A stretch of DNA of 64,000 bases from Candidatus Aenigmatarchaeota archaeon (lineage in GTDB: Archaea; Aenigmatarchaeota; Aenigmatarchaeia; Aenigmatarchaeales; JACQIB01), in assembly GCA_016198755.1 (NCBI GenBank), contig JACQIB010000005.1:176931-240930 (forward strand), written 5' to 3'. The position numbers were made by a program, and so were the translations under genes. The notes below the pieces were generated by a model. The model saw only the letters and a list, made by a program, of their open reading frames with translations. It was not told the origin of the DNA and did no database searches. This document shows positions 1-8,722 of the stretch, one piece after another; the stretch's first letter is position 1; the number at the start of each line of letters is the position of its first letter.

Positions 1-439
1 GCTTAAAAAGCCAGAAAGTTGCCGAAAGGGTTAGGGGGATTTCTATTATAGTTGCCAATACACCCGCTATAAGGGACATTAGAATAATGTTTGGATAATT
101 TATCTGGAATACAAAAAATGATAGTAGAAATGCCATTACTCCCAAAATAAGGCTTAGTATAATACCCATAGCAACCGCTGCTGTTATGTTTCCGTAAAGT
201 ATTCTTTGTTTGGAAATGGTTGGTTTTAAGACTTTTAGGAAAAGAGCTGAACTTATCCTTGCTGAAAGACTGCCTGAAATACTTCCGCGGATTTCCAGGA
301 AACCTGGTAATAGCAGGAGAAGGCCGGGTATAACTTCCAGCTTATTTGTTATAAAAGCCAGAAGAAAACCTGCGAACAACCCGCCTGTCATGGAGACAAT
401 TTCTATACTTAGGATTTCCTTGAAGTCTTTGTTAAACAT
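1..439 (-). CDS. MgtE/SLC41-type divalent cation transporter membrane-domain protein (3' end cut by window edge)
   Basis: Not in ORF track because it runs off the window. My translation from ATG 439..437: MFNKDFKEILSIEIVSMTGGLFAGFLLAFITNKLEVIPGLLLLLPGFLEIRGSISGSLSARISSALF... The PGxLExRGxISGxLxxRxS motif plus hydrophobic helices is typical of the MgtE integral membrane domain. Confidence 0.55.
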   Translation of the reverse strand, partial: MFNKDFKEILSIEIVSMTGGLFAGFLLAFITNKLEVIPGLLLLLPGFLEIRGSISGSLSARISSALFLKVLKPTISKQRILYGNITAAVAMGIILSLILGVMAFLLSFFVFQINYPNIILMSLIAGVLATIIEIPLTLSATFWLFK

Positions 440-470
440 AGGTAAAGGTTGGTTTAGCTGGTAAAAAAGG

Positions 471-2864
471 TTACTGCTGCACTTCTACGGAGATCTCTTT
501 TCCGTCCATGAAAATAAGTGACTTTGCTTTCGTTGCTGATAGCAGCTCCTCTTTTACAGCTTCTATTGCTTTTCTTTCTGCTTCAGGGCAGGCTATTTTC
601 AGTGCAAAAAGCTCTGCGTTCAGCGGCAGGCCTTTTGAGTGCTTCCATTGCCTGACTTCTGATAAAATTATGAGAGCAAAATTTCCTCCAGCCTCATAAA
701 TCCAGCTATCTGCTCTCTTATCTTTCAAAATAGGCTCTGGCCAGCCTGATAAATTAATTGAAATTGATTTTTCCCTTTTCCTGAAAAGCAGCTGATAGAG
801 CTCTTCACAGATATGGGGGGTTATTGGATTGAACAGCTTTAGGAAGGTTAGGTAAGTTGTGTATAAAGTCCAGGCTGCTGCTTTATCCCCAGCGTATATT
901 CTGGCTTTTACAAGCTCTAAATAATTATCACAAAAATCATGCCAGAAAAGCTGTTCTGTTGCTGCTTTTGAGCTGCTGTATTCACAGTTTTCATATTCTT
1001 TTGTGCTCTGAGCTATAAGTATTGAAAGTTTTCTAAGTAGCCACTTGTCTATTGCTCTGAGCTCTGGTTTCTTTGCCGGAGGTTTTGCCAAAACAGGTTC
1101 TATCAAACGCGCAGCAGACCAGAGCTTGTTTAAAAGTTTTTGGCCTGTAGCAACATCCTTTTCCTGATAAGGCATGTCATCACCAAGTTTAGCAGAGGAA
1201 GCCCAGAAACGGAGAGAATCTGCACTGTATTTTTCCACAACCGCCAGCGGGAGCACAACATTCCCCTTGCTCTTGCTCATCTTATCCCCTCTTTGGTCTA
1301 GGCCATGACCGGAAATCATTATATGCTTGAATGGTATGTCTTTGCGGTGGAAGTATGATTTTACAATTGTATAGAAAGCCCAGAAGTTTATTATATCATG
1401 GGCTTGGGGACGAAGGTCTATTGGAAGGATTTTTTTGTTTAAGTTGTTTTTATCAAGCCAGTGGGAGTTAATCATTGGTGTTAGGCCTGAGGTTGCCCAT
1501 GTATCCATAATATCCTGTTCTGGAATAAAGTCTGTGGAGCCGCATATGCATTTTCCGTGCGGTTTATCTTTCAAAGGGTTTACTGGCAAATCTTTTTCAT
1601 CAGCAACCTTTGTTTCCCCGCAGCGCAAACAGTACCAGACTGGGAAGGGGATTCCATAGAAACGCTGGCGGGAGATACACCAGTCCCATTTTAGGCCAGA
1701 AACCCAGTTCCTGTACCGTACATACATGTGGGGGGGGTGCCAGATTATTTTCTCGCCCATTTTCAAAAATTCTTCTTTCAGGTCTAAATAACGGATAAAC
1801 CACTGGTCTGTTACTATAAGCTCTATTTCTGTTCCACAGCGCTCATGCATATTCACTATATGTTTTATTTTCTCCTGCTTTACTAGTTTTCCCTGTGCTT
1901 TCAAGTCTTCTATAATTTTCTGCCTTGCTTCCTCTATTCTCAAACCCGAATAGGGACCTGCTTTCTCATTGAGGGTTCCGTCCCTGTTCAAAATATATAT
2001 TATTGGTAACTTGTGAGATCTAACCCACTCAACATCAGCATAATCACCGAAAGTGCATACATAAACTGCACCTGTTCCCTTGGAAGGATCTGCTGTACTG
2101 TCTGCTAAAATTGGGACTGAACGGTTGAAAAAGGGAATATAGACTTCTTCACCAACAAACTCGTCATACCTTTTATCTGAAGGGTTTACAAAGATTGCAA
2201 CGCAAGCTGGCATAAGCTCTGGCCTTGTTGTAGCTATTGTTATTTTCCTATTCATACCTAGGACATCCAGGTCTATGTAATTGAGAGTCCCCTCTTTCTC
2301 TTTATCCTCCATTTCCGCCTGTGCTATAGCAGTTTTACAGCGCACGCACCAGATTGTTGCATCATCTTTCATGTAAGCCCTCTTCTGTTTATAGAGCTGG
2401 ATAAAAGACCATTGAGAGAGTTTTTGAACAGCAGGATCTATTGTTGTGTAAAGCAGAGACCAGTCGCAGGAGATTCCGAGGGTTTTCCAGATTTTTGTAT
2501 ATTCCTGCTGCCTTTCCTTTGTCACCTCCATAACAGCCTGTATAAACTTTTCCCTGCCTACAAATTCTGCTTTAATGTTCTTTGTCTTCTCTGTAAGCAA
2601 ATCTGTTGCTAAACCATTGTTATCAAAGCCCATTGGATAGAAAACATTAAACCCGCGCATTCTCCAGAAGCGTGCTATAAACTCTGCCTGAGAGTAGGAG
2701 AAAGCATGTCCCATGTGAAGCTGGCCTGAGATTGTTGGGGGAGGGGTGTCTATGCTGTAAACATTATTTTTGCTTTTTGAGTCAAAGCTGAAAACCTTGT
2801 TTTCCTCCCAAAATTTTTGTATTCTAGGCTCTGTTTCTTTTGGATCGTATCTGTCTGCCAGCAT
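471..2864 (-). CDS. valS: valyl-tRNA synthetase
   Basis: 797 aa; class I HIGH motif (PPPTISGQLHMGHAF) and KMSKS (GDKMSKSKGNVV). N-terminus YDPKETEPRIQKFWEE and overall length fit archaeal ValRS rather than IleRS/LeuRS. Confidence 0.9.
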   Translation of the reverse strand: MLADRYDPKETEPRIQKFWEENKVFSFDSKSKNNVYSIDTPPPTISGQLHMGHAFSYSQAEFIARFWRMRGFNVFYPMGFDNNGLATDLLTEKTKNIKAEFVGREKFIQAVMEVTKERQQEYTKIWKTLGISCDWSLLYTTIDPAVQKLSQWSFIQLYKQKRAYMKDDATIWCVRCKTAIAQAEMEDKEKEGTLNYIDLDVLGMNRKITIATTRPELMPACVAIFVNPSDKRYDEFVGEEVYIPFFNRSVPILADSTADPSKGTGAVYVCTFGDYADVEWVRSHKLPIIYILNRDGTLNEKAGPYSGLRIEEARQKIIEDLKAQGKLVKQEKIKHIVNMHERCGTEIELIVTDQWFIRYLDLKEEFLKMGEKIIWHPPHMYVRYRNWVSGLKWDWCISRQRFYGIPFPVWYCLRCGETKVADEKDLPVNPLKDKPHGKCICGSTDFIPEQDIMDTWATSGLTPMINSHWLDKNNLNKKILPIDLRPQAHDIINFWAFYTIVKSYFHRKDIPFKHIMISGHGLDQRGDKMSKSKGNVVLPLAVVEKYSADSLRFWASSAKLGDDMPYQEKDVATGQKLLNKLWSAARLIEPVLAKPPAKKPELRAIDKWLLRKLSILIAQSTKEYENCEYSSSKAATEQLFWHDFCDNYLELVKARIYAGDKAAAWTLYTTYLTFLKLFNPITPHICEELYQLLFRKREKSISINLSGWPEPILKDKRADSWIYEAGGNFALIILSEVRQWKHSKGLPLNAELFALKIACPEAERKAIEAVKEELLSATKAKSLIFMDGKEISVEVQQ

Positions 2865-2916
2865 AGTTTCAGATTTTGCTTAACATACTTATAAAGTAAG
2901 ATGAGCCATATTCTGC

Positions 2917-3408
2917 ATGGTTGTTGAGCTGATACCTTTGGACTGGATTCCTATTGTACAGCTATATGGACCGCTGGGTCTTTTTGTATGGAACTTTATA
3001 TCAGGTTCTATCATTCCACTGAGCAATGAGATACCTATTGTGGGTGCAACAGCATTTTTAGATCCTTTAACAATTTTTATTTACTCTACTCTTGGAACAT
3101 GGGTTGGGGGACTTACAAACTATTATATTGGATATAAAGGGATAAACACATGGTGGGCAAAGAGAGACCCAAGAGCAGAAGCAAAGGCACAGAAGTTTTT
3201 CAAAAAATGGGGAGATATTTTATATCTTGGTGCCTCGGAAATACCGTTTATAGGAGATCCGCTGCTTATTGTGGCTGGGGCTGCAAAAGCTGACTTCAAA
3301 AGATTTGCTGTTCTTACTTTAGTTGGAAAGGGAATAAAAGTTGCACTTTTTGTTTTGGCTGGAAGGCTTATTTTAGGCTGGTTTGGAGTGCCAATACCTA
3401 TCGTATAA
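2917..3408 (+). CDS. YqaA/DedA-like (SNARE-associated/VTT domain) small membrane protein
   Basis: 163 aa, about 4 hydrophobic helices. GGLTNYYIGYKG ... IPFIGDPLLIVAGA pattern resembles the YqaA/DedA family. Confidence 0.5.
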   Translation: MVVELIPLDWIPIVQLYGPLGLFVWNFISGSIIPLSNEIPIVGATAFLDPLTIFIYSTLGTWVGGLTNYYIGYKGINTWWAKRDPRAEAKAQKFFKKWGDILYLGASEIPFIGDPLLIVAGAAKADFKRFAVLTLVGKGIKVALFVLAGRLILGWFGVPIPIV

Positions 3409-3835
3409 TCTTTAGGCTGGAACCTATTTTTATATTGTTTTTGGCTGTGAACCCGCCTGGAGCTTCGAGAATATACTTTGCACCTGTTGGGGGGGAATAT
3501 ACTGGACAATCTGCAATTTTGCATGGAACCATTTTTTGAATATATACAACTTTCAAATCCTGCGATATCCAGATAGCATCCAGATCATAGTATACATTTT
3601 TCATCCATAAACTATACTTATCCTCTTTATTGAAAACAAAGAACATACCCTCTGGAAGAACTGCCCTGTACATTAATCCTGTTTCCTGATCCTGCTCTGT
3701 TTGTGCAAGTTCAGCATTTACTCTTATACCATTGTCAAATTCCAGAACCACACTTTCTTTTTTTGGAAAAATAAATATCATGGAAACCGTTAGAAGTATG
3801 GCTATTCCTACTATAGCAAACAAAACCTTTTTCAT
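3398..3835 (-). CDS. DUF192 (COG1430) family protein, membrane anchored
   Basis: 145 aa, N-terminal anchor MKKVLFAIVGIAILL. Core AELAQTEQDQETGLMYR..GMFFVF...SLWMKNVYYDLDAIWI...YILEAPGG matches the DUF192 pattern. Confidence 0.75.
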   Translation of the reverse strand: MKKVLFAIVGIAILLTVSMIFIFPKKESVVLEFDNGIRVNAELAQTEQDQETGLMYRAVLPEGMFFVFNKEDKYSLWMKNVYYDLDAIWISQDLKVVYIQKMVPCKIADCPVYSPPTGAKYILEAPGGFTAKNNIKIGSSLKIIR

Positions 3836-3841
3836 GCAACC

Positions 3842-3849
3842 TATTTATC
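3842..3849 (+). promoter_or_regulatory. TATA-box-like element (TATTTATC) 24 nt upstream of the orphan tRNA 5' fragment
   Basis: AT-rich octamer at the spacing seen upstream of the other tRNA/SRP genes in this window (about 22-26 nt). Confidence 0.35.
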
Positions 3850-3872
3850 AATTGAAGGGTTAAATAGGTTTC

Positions 3873-3890
3873 GGGCCCGTGGTCTAGCGG
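3873..3890 (+). other. orphan tRNA 5' fragment (acceptor 5' strand plus start of D arm), no 3' partner nearby
   Basis: GGGCCCGTGGTCTAGCGG then ATGC. Nearly identical to the 5' end of the tRNA-Pro gene at 44314 (GGGCCCGTAGTCTAGC...ATGC). No anticodon arm or T arm follows. Confidence 0.5.
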
Positions 3891-3953
3891 ATGCTAAATA
3901 TGTGATGTATAATAAAAATCTATTTATTTGGTCTTGTCCATAGCTTAAATGGA

Positions 3954-4931
3954 ATGATAACAATGAGACTCTTGATAAAAAACAAAGATGATGTATTCCA
4001 AACTTTATTTGAAAGAACCGGCTTGACGCGCGGACAACTTGCAAAAATAATAGGTGTTAGTTACTGGACACTAAAACATTGGCTACGGGATTACACTGTA
4101 CCGGAAAAATATTTCATAAAATTAAGTCATATTTGCCCAGAAATTGAAGATATTGCAATCTGCGAAAAGCTTCCAGATAACTGGGGTGCTGTTAAGGGTG
4201 GTAAAATTTCTTTTTGTAAGAAGAGTAGGTATGCTATACTTAAACAAGCCGAAAGAGCCAGAAATGGTATAATATACAAATTTAAATCGCCTCCGTTTAA
4301 TAGAGATTTCTGCGAATTTTATGGAATATTGCTAGGAGATGGTTGTGTATTCAAATTTTTTGTAAAGAGTGAGAATCGTACCAGATATAGTGTTTCTGTA
4401 AGCGGTAATAGTATTAATGATTTAGAGTATTTCAAAAATAATATTTTACCATTAGTTAATCGCCTCTTTGGGTTGTCACCATCTATCATATATTATAGCT
4501 CTTGTAATGGTATTAGAATTGATATTAGATATAAGGTAATGGCAGATGTGTTTTTGAAGCTGGGGTTCCCTTTAGGAAAGAAAAAAGAACTTTCTATACC
4601 AAATAAGATTCTAAATTCTGGCATGATAAATATAAACAGGACAATAAGAGGTTTATTTGACACTGATGGTTGTTTTTTTGCAAGAAAAGATGAAAACTAT
4701 CTCTATCCTCATATTATGATAACGAGTTATAGTGCAAACTTGCGTAACCAGCTCGTAGAAATTTTAAAAAGACAAAACTTTCGTCCCTATATACACTCTA
4801 CAAATGTAGTTATACGAGGGAAGAAAAATATTATAAAATGGTTTGGTAAGATAGGATCGTCTCACCCTCAAATATTAAATAGATATAAGACATGGAAGCT
4901 TACAGGAAGATTATTGCCAAAGGGCCCATAG
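3954..4931 (+). CDS. LAGLIDADG homing-endonuclease-like protein with N-terminal HTH
   Basis: 325 aa; two LAGLIDADG-type motifs (FYGILLGDGCVF and IRGLFDTDGCFF) about 100 aa apart. HTH-like N-terminus (LTRGQLAKIIGVSYWTLKHWL). Visibly more AT-rich than its flanks. Stop TAG 4929..4931 lies inside tRNA-Ala. Confidence 0.8.
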   Translation: MITMRLLIKNKDDVFQTLFERTGLTRGQLAKIIGVSYWTLKHWLRDYTVPEKYFIKLSHICPEIEDIAICEKLPDNWGAVKGGKISFCKKSRYAILKQAERARNGIIYKFKSPPFNRDFCEFYGILLGDGCVFKFFVKSENRTRYSVSVSGNSINDLEYFKNNILPLVNRLFGLSPSIIYYSSCNGIRIDIRYKVMADVFLKLGFPLGKKKELSIPNKILNSGMININRTIRGLFDTDGCFFARKDENYLYPHIMITSYSANLRNQLVEILKRQNFRPYIHSTNVVIRGKKNIIKWFGKIGSSHPQILNRYKTWKLTGRLLPKGP

Positions 4932-4997
4932 ATCAATTGGAAGATCGCTACCTTCGCAAGGTAGAGGCTCCGGGTTCAAATCCCGGTGGGTCCACCA
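4922..4997 (+). tRNA. tRNA-Ala (anticodon CGC), intron-less, CCA encoded
   Basis: GGGCCCA TA GATC AATTGGAA GATC G CTACC TTCGCAA GGTAG AGGCT CCGGG TTCAAAT CCCGG TGGGTCC A CCA. Perfect 76-nt cloverleaf with the G3:U70 alanine identity pair. Confidence 0.92.
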
Positions 4998-5010
4998 CAA
5001 ACTTTAGAAA

Positions 5011-5964
5011 TTAATTAACAACATTTGTAGGTACATCACGAAGGAAGCTTTCTATATTGCTAATGAATGTCTCCTGTTTATTCAATCTTGCCTCTTTTGT
5101 TGCAAATGCAAGTGGGGGGTAAAGCACGCAATTTTTATAGTTTGATAGGGTTTTTATCAAATCTGGTAACATCTCATCTGTATGGTCTGCAATATAAACC
5201 ATATCATTTTTTGCAAGCCTACTTTCCAGAGCAGAGAAATCTATAAGCTCGTTCGGTGATAGATTTACAAAAATTGCACCGGGCTTTATTTTTCTTATTT
5301 TGACTTCGTTCATGAAGAGGTTTGTATCTTTATTCCATGGAAGGTTTATAGATAAAAAATCTGACTCTGCCAATAGTCTGTCTATATCTTTATACTTTAT
5401 TCCCTTTTGTTCTGCCTCAGGCTTCCTGTTTCTAGACCAATAATATACATTTGCACCAAATGCTAGAGCCAGCTCAGCAATCCTATAACCTATCCTTCCT
5501 AGCCCTATCACACCAAAGTTCTTTCTCATTATCTCGTATATAGGGAATTTTGGAACCTCGGAAAAATCCCCCTCACGCGCAAGTTGTTTTGAGCGCTCCA
5601 GGTCGCGTATATATTCTAAAATTGCACCAATGGCAAATTCCGCAACAGCTTCTGTACTAAAACCTGGGATATTGCAAATTGGAATATTTTTCGTTTTTGC
5701 ATACTCTGGTTCTGCTTTCCCATAAGCTGTGGAGTATACACCAATATATCTTAGATTTGGAGCTGCATCAATAAACTCCCTCGTAATAGGTACTGCAAAT
5801 ATGTTTGACAAAAGACAGTCTGCTCCCCGTAATTCTTCTACTATGTTTTGGCTGTCTTTTCCTAGTTTTACAATATTATTCCCAAGGGAGTCGAGCCTTT
5901 GCCAATGCTCAGAATCTAAGAGTGCATCAGAAAAACCCAGCATTACTATTTTTTTAAATGTCAT
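5011..5964 (-). CDS. D-isomer-specific 2-hydroxyacid dehydrogenase family (GyaR/SerA-like)
   Basis: 317 aa; NAD-binding GVIGLGRIGYRIAELALAFGANV and a catalytic/NAD domain layout typical of the family. Confidence 0.8.
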   Translation of the reverse strand: MTFKKIVMLGFSDALLDSEHWQRLDSLGNNIVKLGKDSQNIVEELRGADCLLSNIFAVPITREFIDAAPNLRYIGVYSTAYGKAEPEYAKTKNIPICNIPGFSTEAVAEFAIGAILEYIRDLERSKQLAREGDFSEVPKFPIYEIMRKNFGVIGLGRIGYRIAELALAFGANVYYWSRNRKPEAEQKGIKYKDIDRLLAESDFLSINLPWNKDTNLFMNEVKIRKIKPGAIFVNLSPNELIDFSALESRLAKNDMVYIADHTDEMLPDLIKTLSNYKNCVLYPPLAFATKEARLNKQETFISNIESFLRDVPTNVVN

Positions 5965-6014
5965 ATTATATACTTCATATTAAAGCTTTTAAGCTTTTCG
6001 AATTTGCGATTGGT

Positions 6015-6263
6015 TTATTTCAGCCTTCTTAACAGGTAGTTGTAAGCCACTGCAAAGATGTAGCCGAAAGCCAGTGCCATTGCTAATGTTCCAATCAAGC
6101 CATATGCCATTAGAGCTGGACTTGACCAGAAGCCTGGATAAAGCAGGTTTACCATAGATGGTTGTTGCATAAGTCCATGGTATACATAGCCTGCCAGATC
6201 CATTAGGAATGTTACTGCTGCAAGTGCTACTGCCATAGCTTTCGGATTTATTTCATTTCCCAT
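6015..6263 (-). CDS. small 2-TM membrane protein, unknown function
   Basis: Track ORF 6015..6389 trimmed to the internal ATG at 6263 (MGNEINPKAMAVALAAVTFLMDL...). The upstream 42 codons are antisense to tRNA-Ile. Confidence 0.45.
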   Translation of the reverse strand: MGNEINPKAMAVALAAVTFLMDLAGYVYHGLMQQPSMVNLLYPGFWSSPALMAYGLIGTLAMALAFGYIFAVAYNYLLRRLK

Positions 6264-6299
6264 GTTCTTCACCCCCAGAAATATTGGGTTGTTCTTACC

Positions 6300-6309
6300 T
6301 TTAAAAATA
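6300..6309 (+). promoter_or_regulatory. TATA box (TTTAAAAATA) about 21-30 nt upstream of tRNA-Ile
   Basis: Archaeal TATA consensus-like element at the appropriate distance from position 6330. Confidence 0.5.
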
Positions 6310-6329
6310 TGCGGCACAAACACTGAAAC

Positions 6330-6462
6330 GGCCCGATGGCTCAGACTGGTTAGAGCACCACACTGATAATGTGGGGGTCGAGAGTTCAAAGCTCAGGGGG
6401 ACGTTTCCCCCTACAGCCCTACCCCCTCTTGGTGGAGCTGGAAAATCTCTCTCGGGCCACCA
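6330..6462 (+). tRNA. tRNA-Ile (anticodon GAU) with a ~55-nt insertion in the T-loop (about position 59/60), CCA encoded
   Basis: GGCCCGA TG GCTC AGACTGGTTA GAGC A CCACA CTGATAA TGTGG GGGTC GAGAG TTCAAA[6391..6445]T CTCTC TCGGGCC A CCA. All stems pair perfectly once the bracketed block is removed. Confidence 0.85.
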
Positions 6463-6576
6463 CTTAATCTTTTACCGGAAACTTCTGCTGGGAGTATAAC
6501 ACTGTTATATTAGTGGACCTTGTATAGCGATTTGCGCTTCATAAGGAGTTTAAATAATGAGCAAGAGTTTTGCTGT

Positions 6577-6861
6577 ATGTTAGATGGTGTGTGGTATTTG
6601 GGACAAACCATAGATGCTCCTTTGAAAAATGGAAGAAAAACCCCAGTTCACCTATATTCCGAGGGAAGTGATCCAAAGCCATTTGGAAGCTATGCTGATG
6701 CAGCAGCAATGGCCATGAAATTTAATAGCGGACACTGGGAAGGACAACCAACAACAGGGGGCTCATGGACTGTTTATAGTATGAAAGAACTGAAAGGAAT
6801 GAAAATTACAAACCCACCGGCAAGGCCAAGGTCTGCTGCTGAAATACCGGATCTAGAATAG
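6577..6861 (+). CDS. hypothetical protein
   Basis: Track ORF 6520..6861 starts at TTG; first ATG is at 6577 (MLDGVWYLGQTIDAPLKNG...). No recognisable motif. Confidence 0.4.
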   Translation: MLDGVWYLGQTIDAPLKNGRKTPVHLYSEGSDPKPFGSYADAAAMAMKFNSGHWEGQPTTGGSWTVYSMKELKGMKITNPPARPRSAAEIPDLE

Positions 6862-6871
6862 TGCTTTATAG

Positions 6872-8260
6872 TTAAGGAGCCACACCAAATATCCTCTTGA
6901 TTAAGTTGATAAGATCCTGCAGAAGCTTTGCAAAAGTATTTATACATGCCCCATCACTGCAGCCGTTTGGACAGGTTGTTTTATAGCTCAAAACTTGATT
7001 ACCCTGACAATAGTATTCTGTTAAATTATTCTCTGCGCAGCTGTCTTCAGATATGCTGCCGTCTATTCCCACAACAACCCCGCGTTCAGAAACTGATATG
7101 CCCTTATCGCTGTCTGTACAAATCTGTGATTGTGGAAGAGAAAGTGTTGTCTGGCTTGCCCCAGGGGTAGCACAAACAGAATTAAGACAGTATCCGCTTA
7201 AACAATAATTATGAGTTGAACATGGATATCCGTCTGGCGCAGTGCCCCTTATTGTAGTTGGGAAGAGAGTTGTTGTGGTTTGTCCAGCAGCTGTGGTTGT
7301 TGTCTGGATTGTAGTGGTTGTAACACTGGTCGCACCTGGACCAGCACCGCCTGCACCACCGGAAGTGGTTTGTGTCACACCACCGGAAGTTGTGGTTGTT
7401 GTGTTCGTGCAGACAGAACTGACAGAATTCCATATACATCCAGCAGCTCCGCAGCTCAATGAACCACATGCTGTACAGTTAGCAAGTGAGCAGGGAATTG
7501 TTGTTGTAGTTGTTGTTATAGTTGTGCTGGTTGTGGTTGTCGTAGTAGTTGTTGTAGTTCCGCCTGAGGAAAGGTAATAAGACGTTATTTCGCTATCACC
7601 TAAAGATCTGTTGTAAATTTTTAAGTCATCTATATCAGTATCCACTGCTGTGTCTCCAATTATTATGTCAACGTGAGGCATTGCCGTGGGCTCAGCGTAT
7701 TCACCCCCAGAACTTGAGTGAATCAATTGGGTATCAAGATAATAAGCTGCACTGTTAGCATCCCTTTTGAATACAACATGGTGCCACTGGCCATGTGTCA
7801 TGTTGTTTGGATTGCTTACTTGTCTCCAATAACCTGTAGAGCTGCTTCCAAAACCTGCTATTACAGGACCAAAATTATATTGGTTCCATAATTGCCTGAA
7901 TATATAGAAATTATAATTTGTTGGACCGTTCCCTTTGTACACTAGATTCTGTGCAAAGCTTTGGTCTGAGCGCTGCCTGAACCAGAAGGAAATTGTATAT
8001 GTCTGTAAATCGAAAGAACTGTTATAGGGAATTTTTAGCCAGTCTGAAGCTGAAGGAATATAAGCATAACTTCCTACCTGCCCGCCTGATTTGTAGGAAA
8101 CTCCACCTATAATTGCAGCAGCTGCTCCGCCGGAAACTTCGTTGTTCCCGTTCCCGTCAAACTTCCAGTATCCCACTAATCCGTCTTCAGCTAAAACTGA
8201 AGTTGAAAGAACGGAAATGGAAATTAGAAGAGTGAAAGCTACAATAAACTTGTTTTTCAT
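6872..8260 (-). CDS. secreted LamG/concanavalin-A-like lectin domain protein with poly-Thr linkers and Cys-rich C-terminal modules
   Basis: 462 aa; signal peptide (MKNKFIVAFTLLISISVLSTSVLA). LVGYWKFDGNGNNEVSGG ... DDLKIYNRSLGDSEI is typical of Laminin_G_3. Followed by T10-13 runs and Cx6Cx4Cx4C-type knots (GYPCSTHNYCLSGYCLNSVC). Confidence 0.7.
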   Translation of the reverse strand: MKNKFIVAFTLLISISVLSTSVLAEDGLVGYWKFDGNGNNEVSGGAAAAIIGGVSYKSGGQVGSYAYIPSASDWLKIPYNSSFDLQTYTISFWFRQRSDQSFAQNLVYKGNGPTNYNFYIFRQLWNQYNFGPVIAGFGSSSTGYWRQVSNPNNMTHGQWHHVVFKRDANSAAYYLDTQLIHSSSGGEYAEPTAMPHVDIIIGDTAVDTDIDDLKIYNRSLGDSEITSYYLSSGGTTTTTTTTTTSTTITTTTTTIPCSLANCTACGSLSCGAAGCIWNSVSSVCTNTTTTTSGGVTQTTSGGAGGAGPGATSVTTTTIQTTTTAAGQTTTTLFPTTIRGTAPDGYPCSTHNYCLSGYCLNSVCATPGASQTTLSLPQSQICTDSDKGISVSERGVVVGIDGSISEDSCAENNLTEYYCQGNQVLSYKTTCPNGCSDGACINTFAKLLQDLINLIKRIFGVAP

Positions 8261-8297
8261 AATTCTAATGGTAAAAACCAGTATATAAACGCTTCCC

Positions 8298-8720
8298 TTA
8301 TAGATTTTCGATTTTAACTCTCTTGGAAAATTCAGCCCCGGAAAGTTTCTTGTCTAGGAAAGATAAAATATCGGGTACAGTTGCCGTGAACTGGGCAGAA
8401 GGTTTCTGGCTTTTGAAAATAGTTACTACAACATCCTTGGATTTGGGAGAAACGCGCGCAGCAGCCCCAAATGTGAAATATGCTGAAACTGCAGAATCCA
8501 TTCCTGCTGGAAGCTCATATGCAACCTTTACTCCGCTGTCTGTAACATCAACAAGAGCATCATCTATTCCGCCGGAATAAAGGGCTGCAAAGAGCTCTGT
8601 GCTGCGGGAATCCAGCTCTGGAAGGGGTTCTGGTTTGGACATGTATAGATAAGAAAATAATCCTGCTACAGCAATAACAATAATCACAGCCAATGCCAAG
8701 ATTACTTTTTTCCACTTCAT
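8298..8720 (-). CDS. membrane-anchored hypothetical protein
   Basis: 140 aa, N-terminal TM (MKWKKVILALAVIIVIAVAGLF). Lies 2 nt downstream of the preceding gene. Confidence 0.5.
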   Translation of the reverse strand: MKWKKVILALAVIIVIAVAGLFSYLYMSKPEPLPELDSRSTELFAALYSGGIDDALVDVTDSGVKVAYELPAGMDSAVSAYFTFGAAARVSPKSKDVVVTIFKSQKPSAQFTATVPDILSFLDKKLSGAEFSKRVKIENL

Positions 8721-8722
8721 GT

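Noticed and set aside
3873-4997. Model in which the 5' fragment, the endonuclease gene and the tRNA-Ala 3' part form one tRNA with a 1-kb D-loop intron
   Set aside because: The fragment's D-stem strand GTCT cannot pair with the downstream GATC, whereas tRNA-Ala is a complete, perfectly paired cloverleaf on its own from 4922.
6264-6389. N-terminal 42 codons of track ORF 6015..6389
   Set aside because: They are antisense to tRNA-Ile. The internal ATG at 6263 gives a sensible small membrane protein.
7209-7577. Poly-Val/Cys-rich ORFs antisense to Thr-rich linkers (here, and at 46752..46946, 62223..62408, 39409..40191 and 60355..61800)
   Set aside because: They are the mirror image of (ACN)n Thr/Ser codon runs and Cys-rich repeats in the large minus-strand genes, so they are not independent genes.
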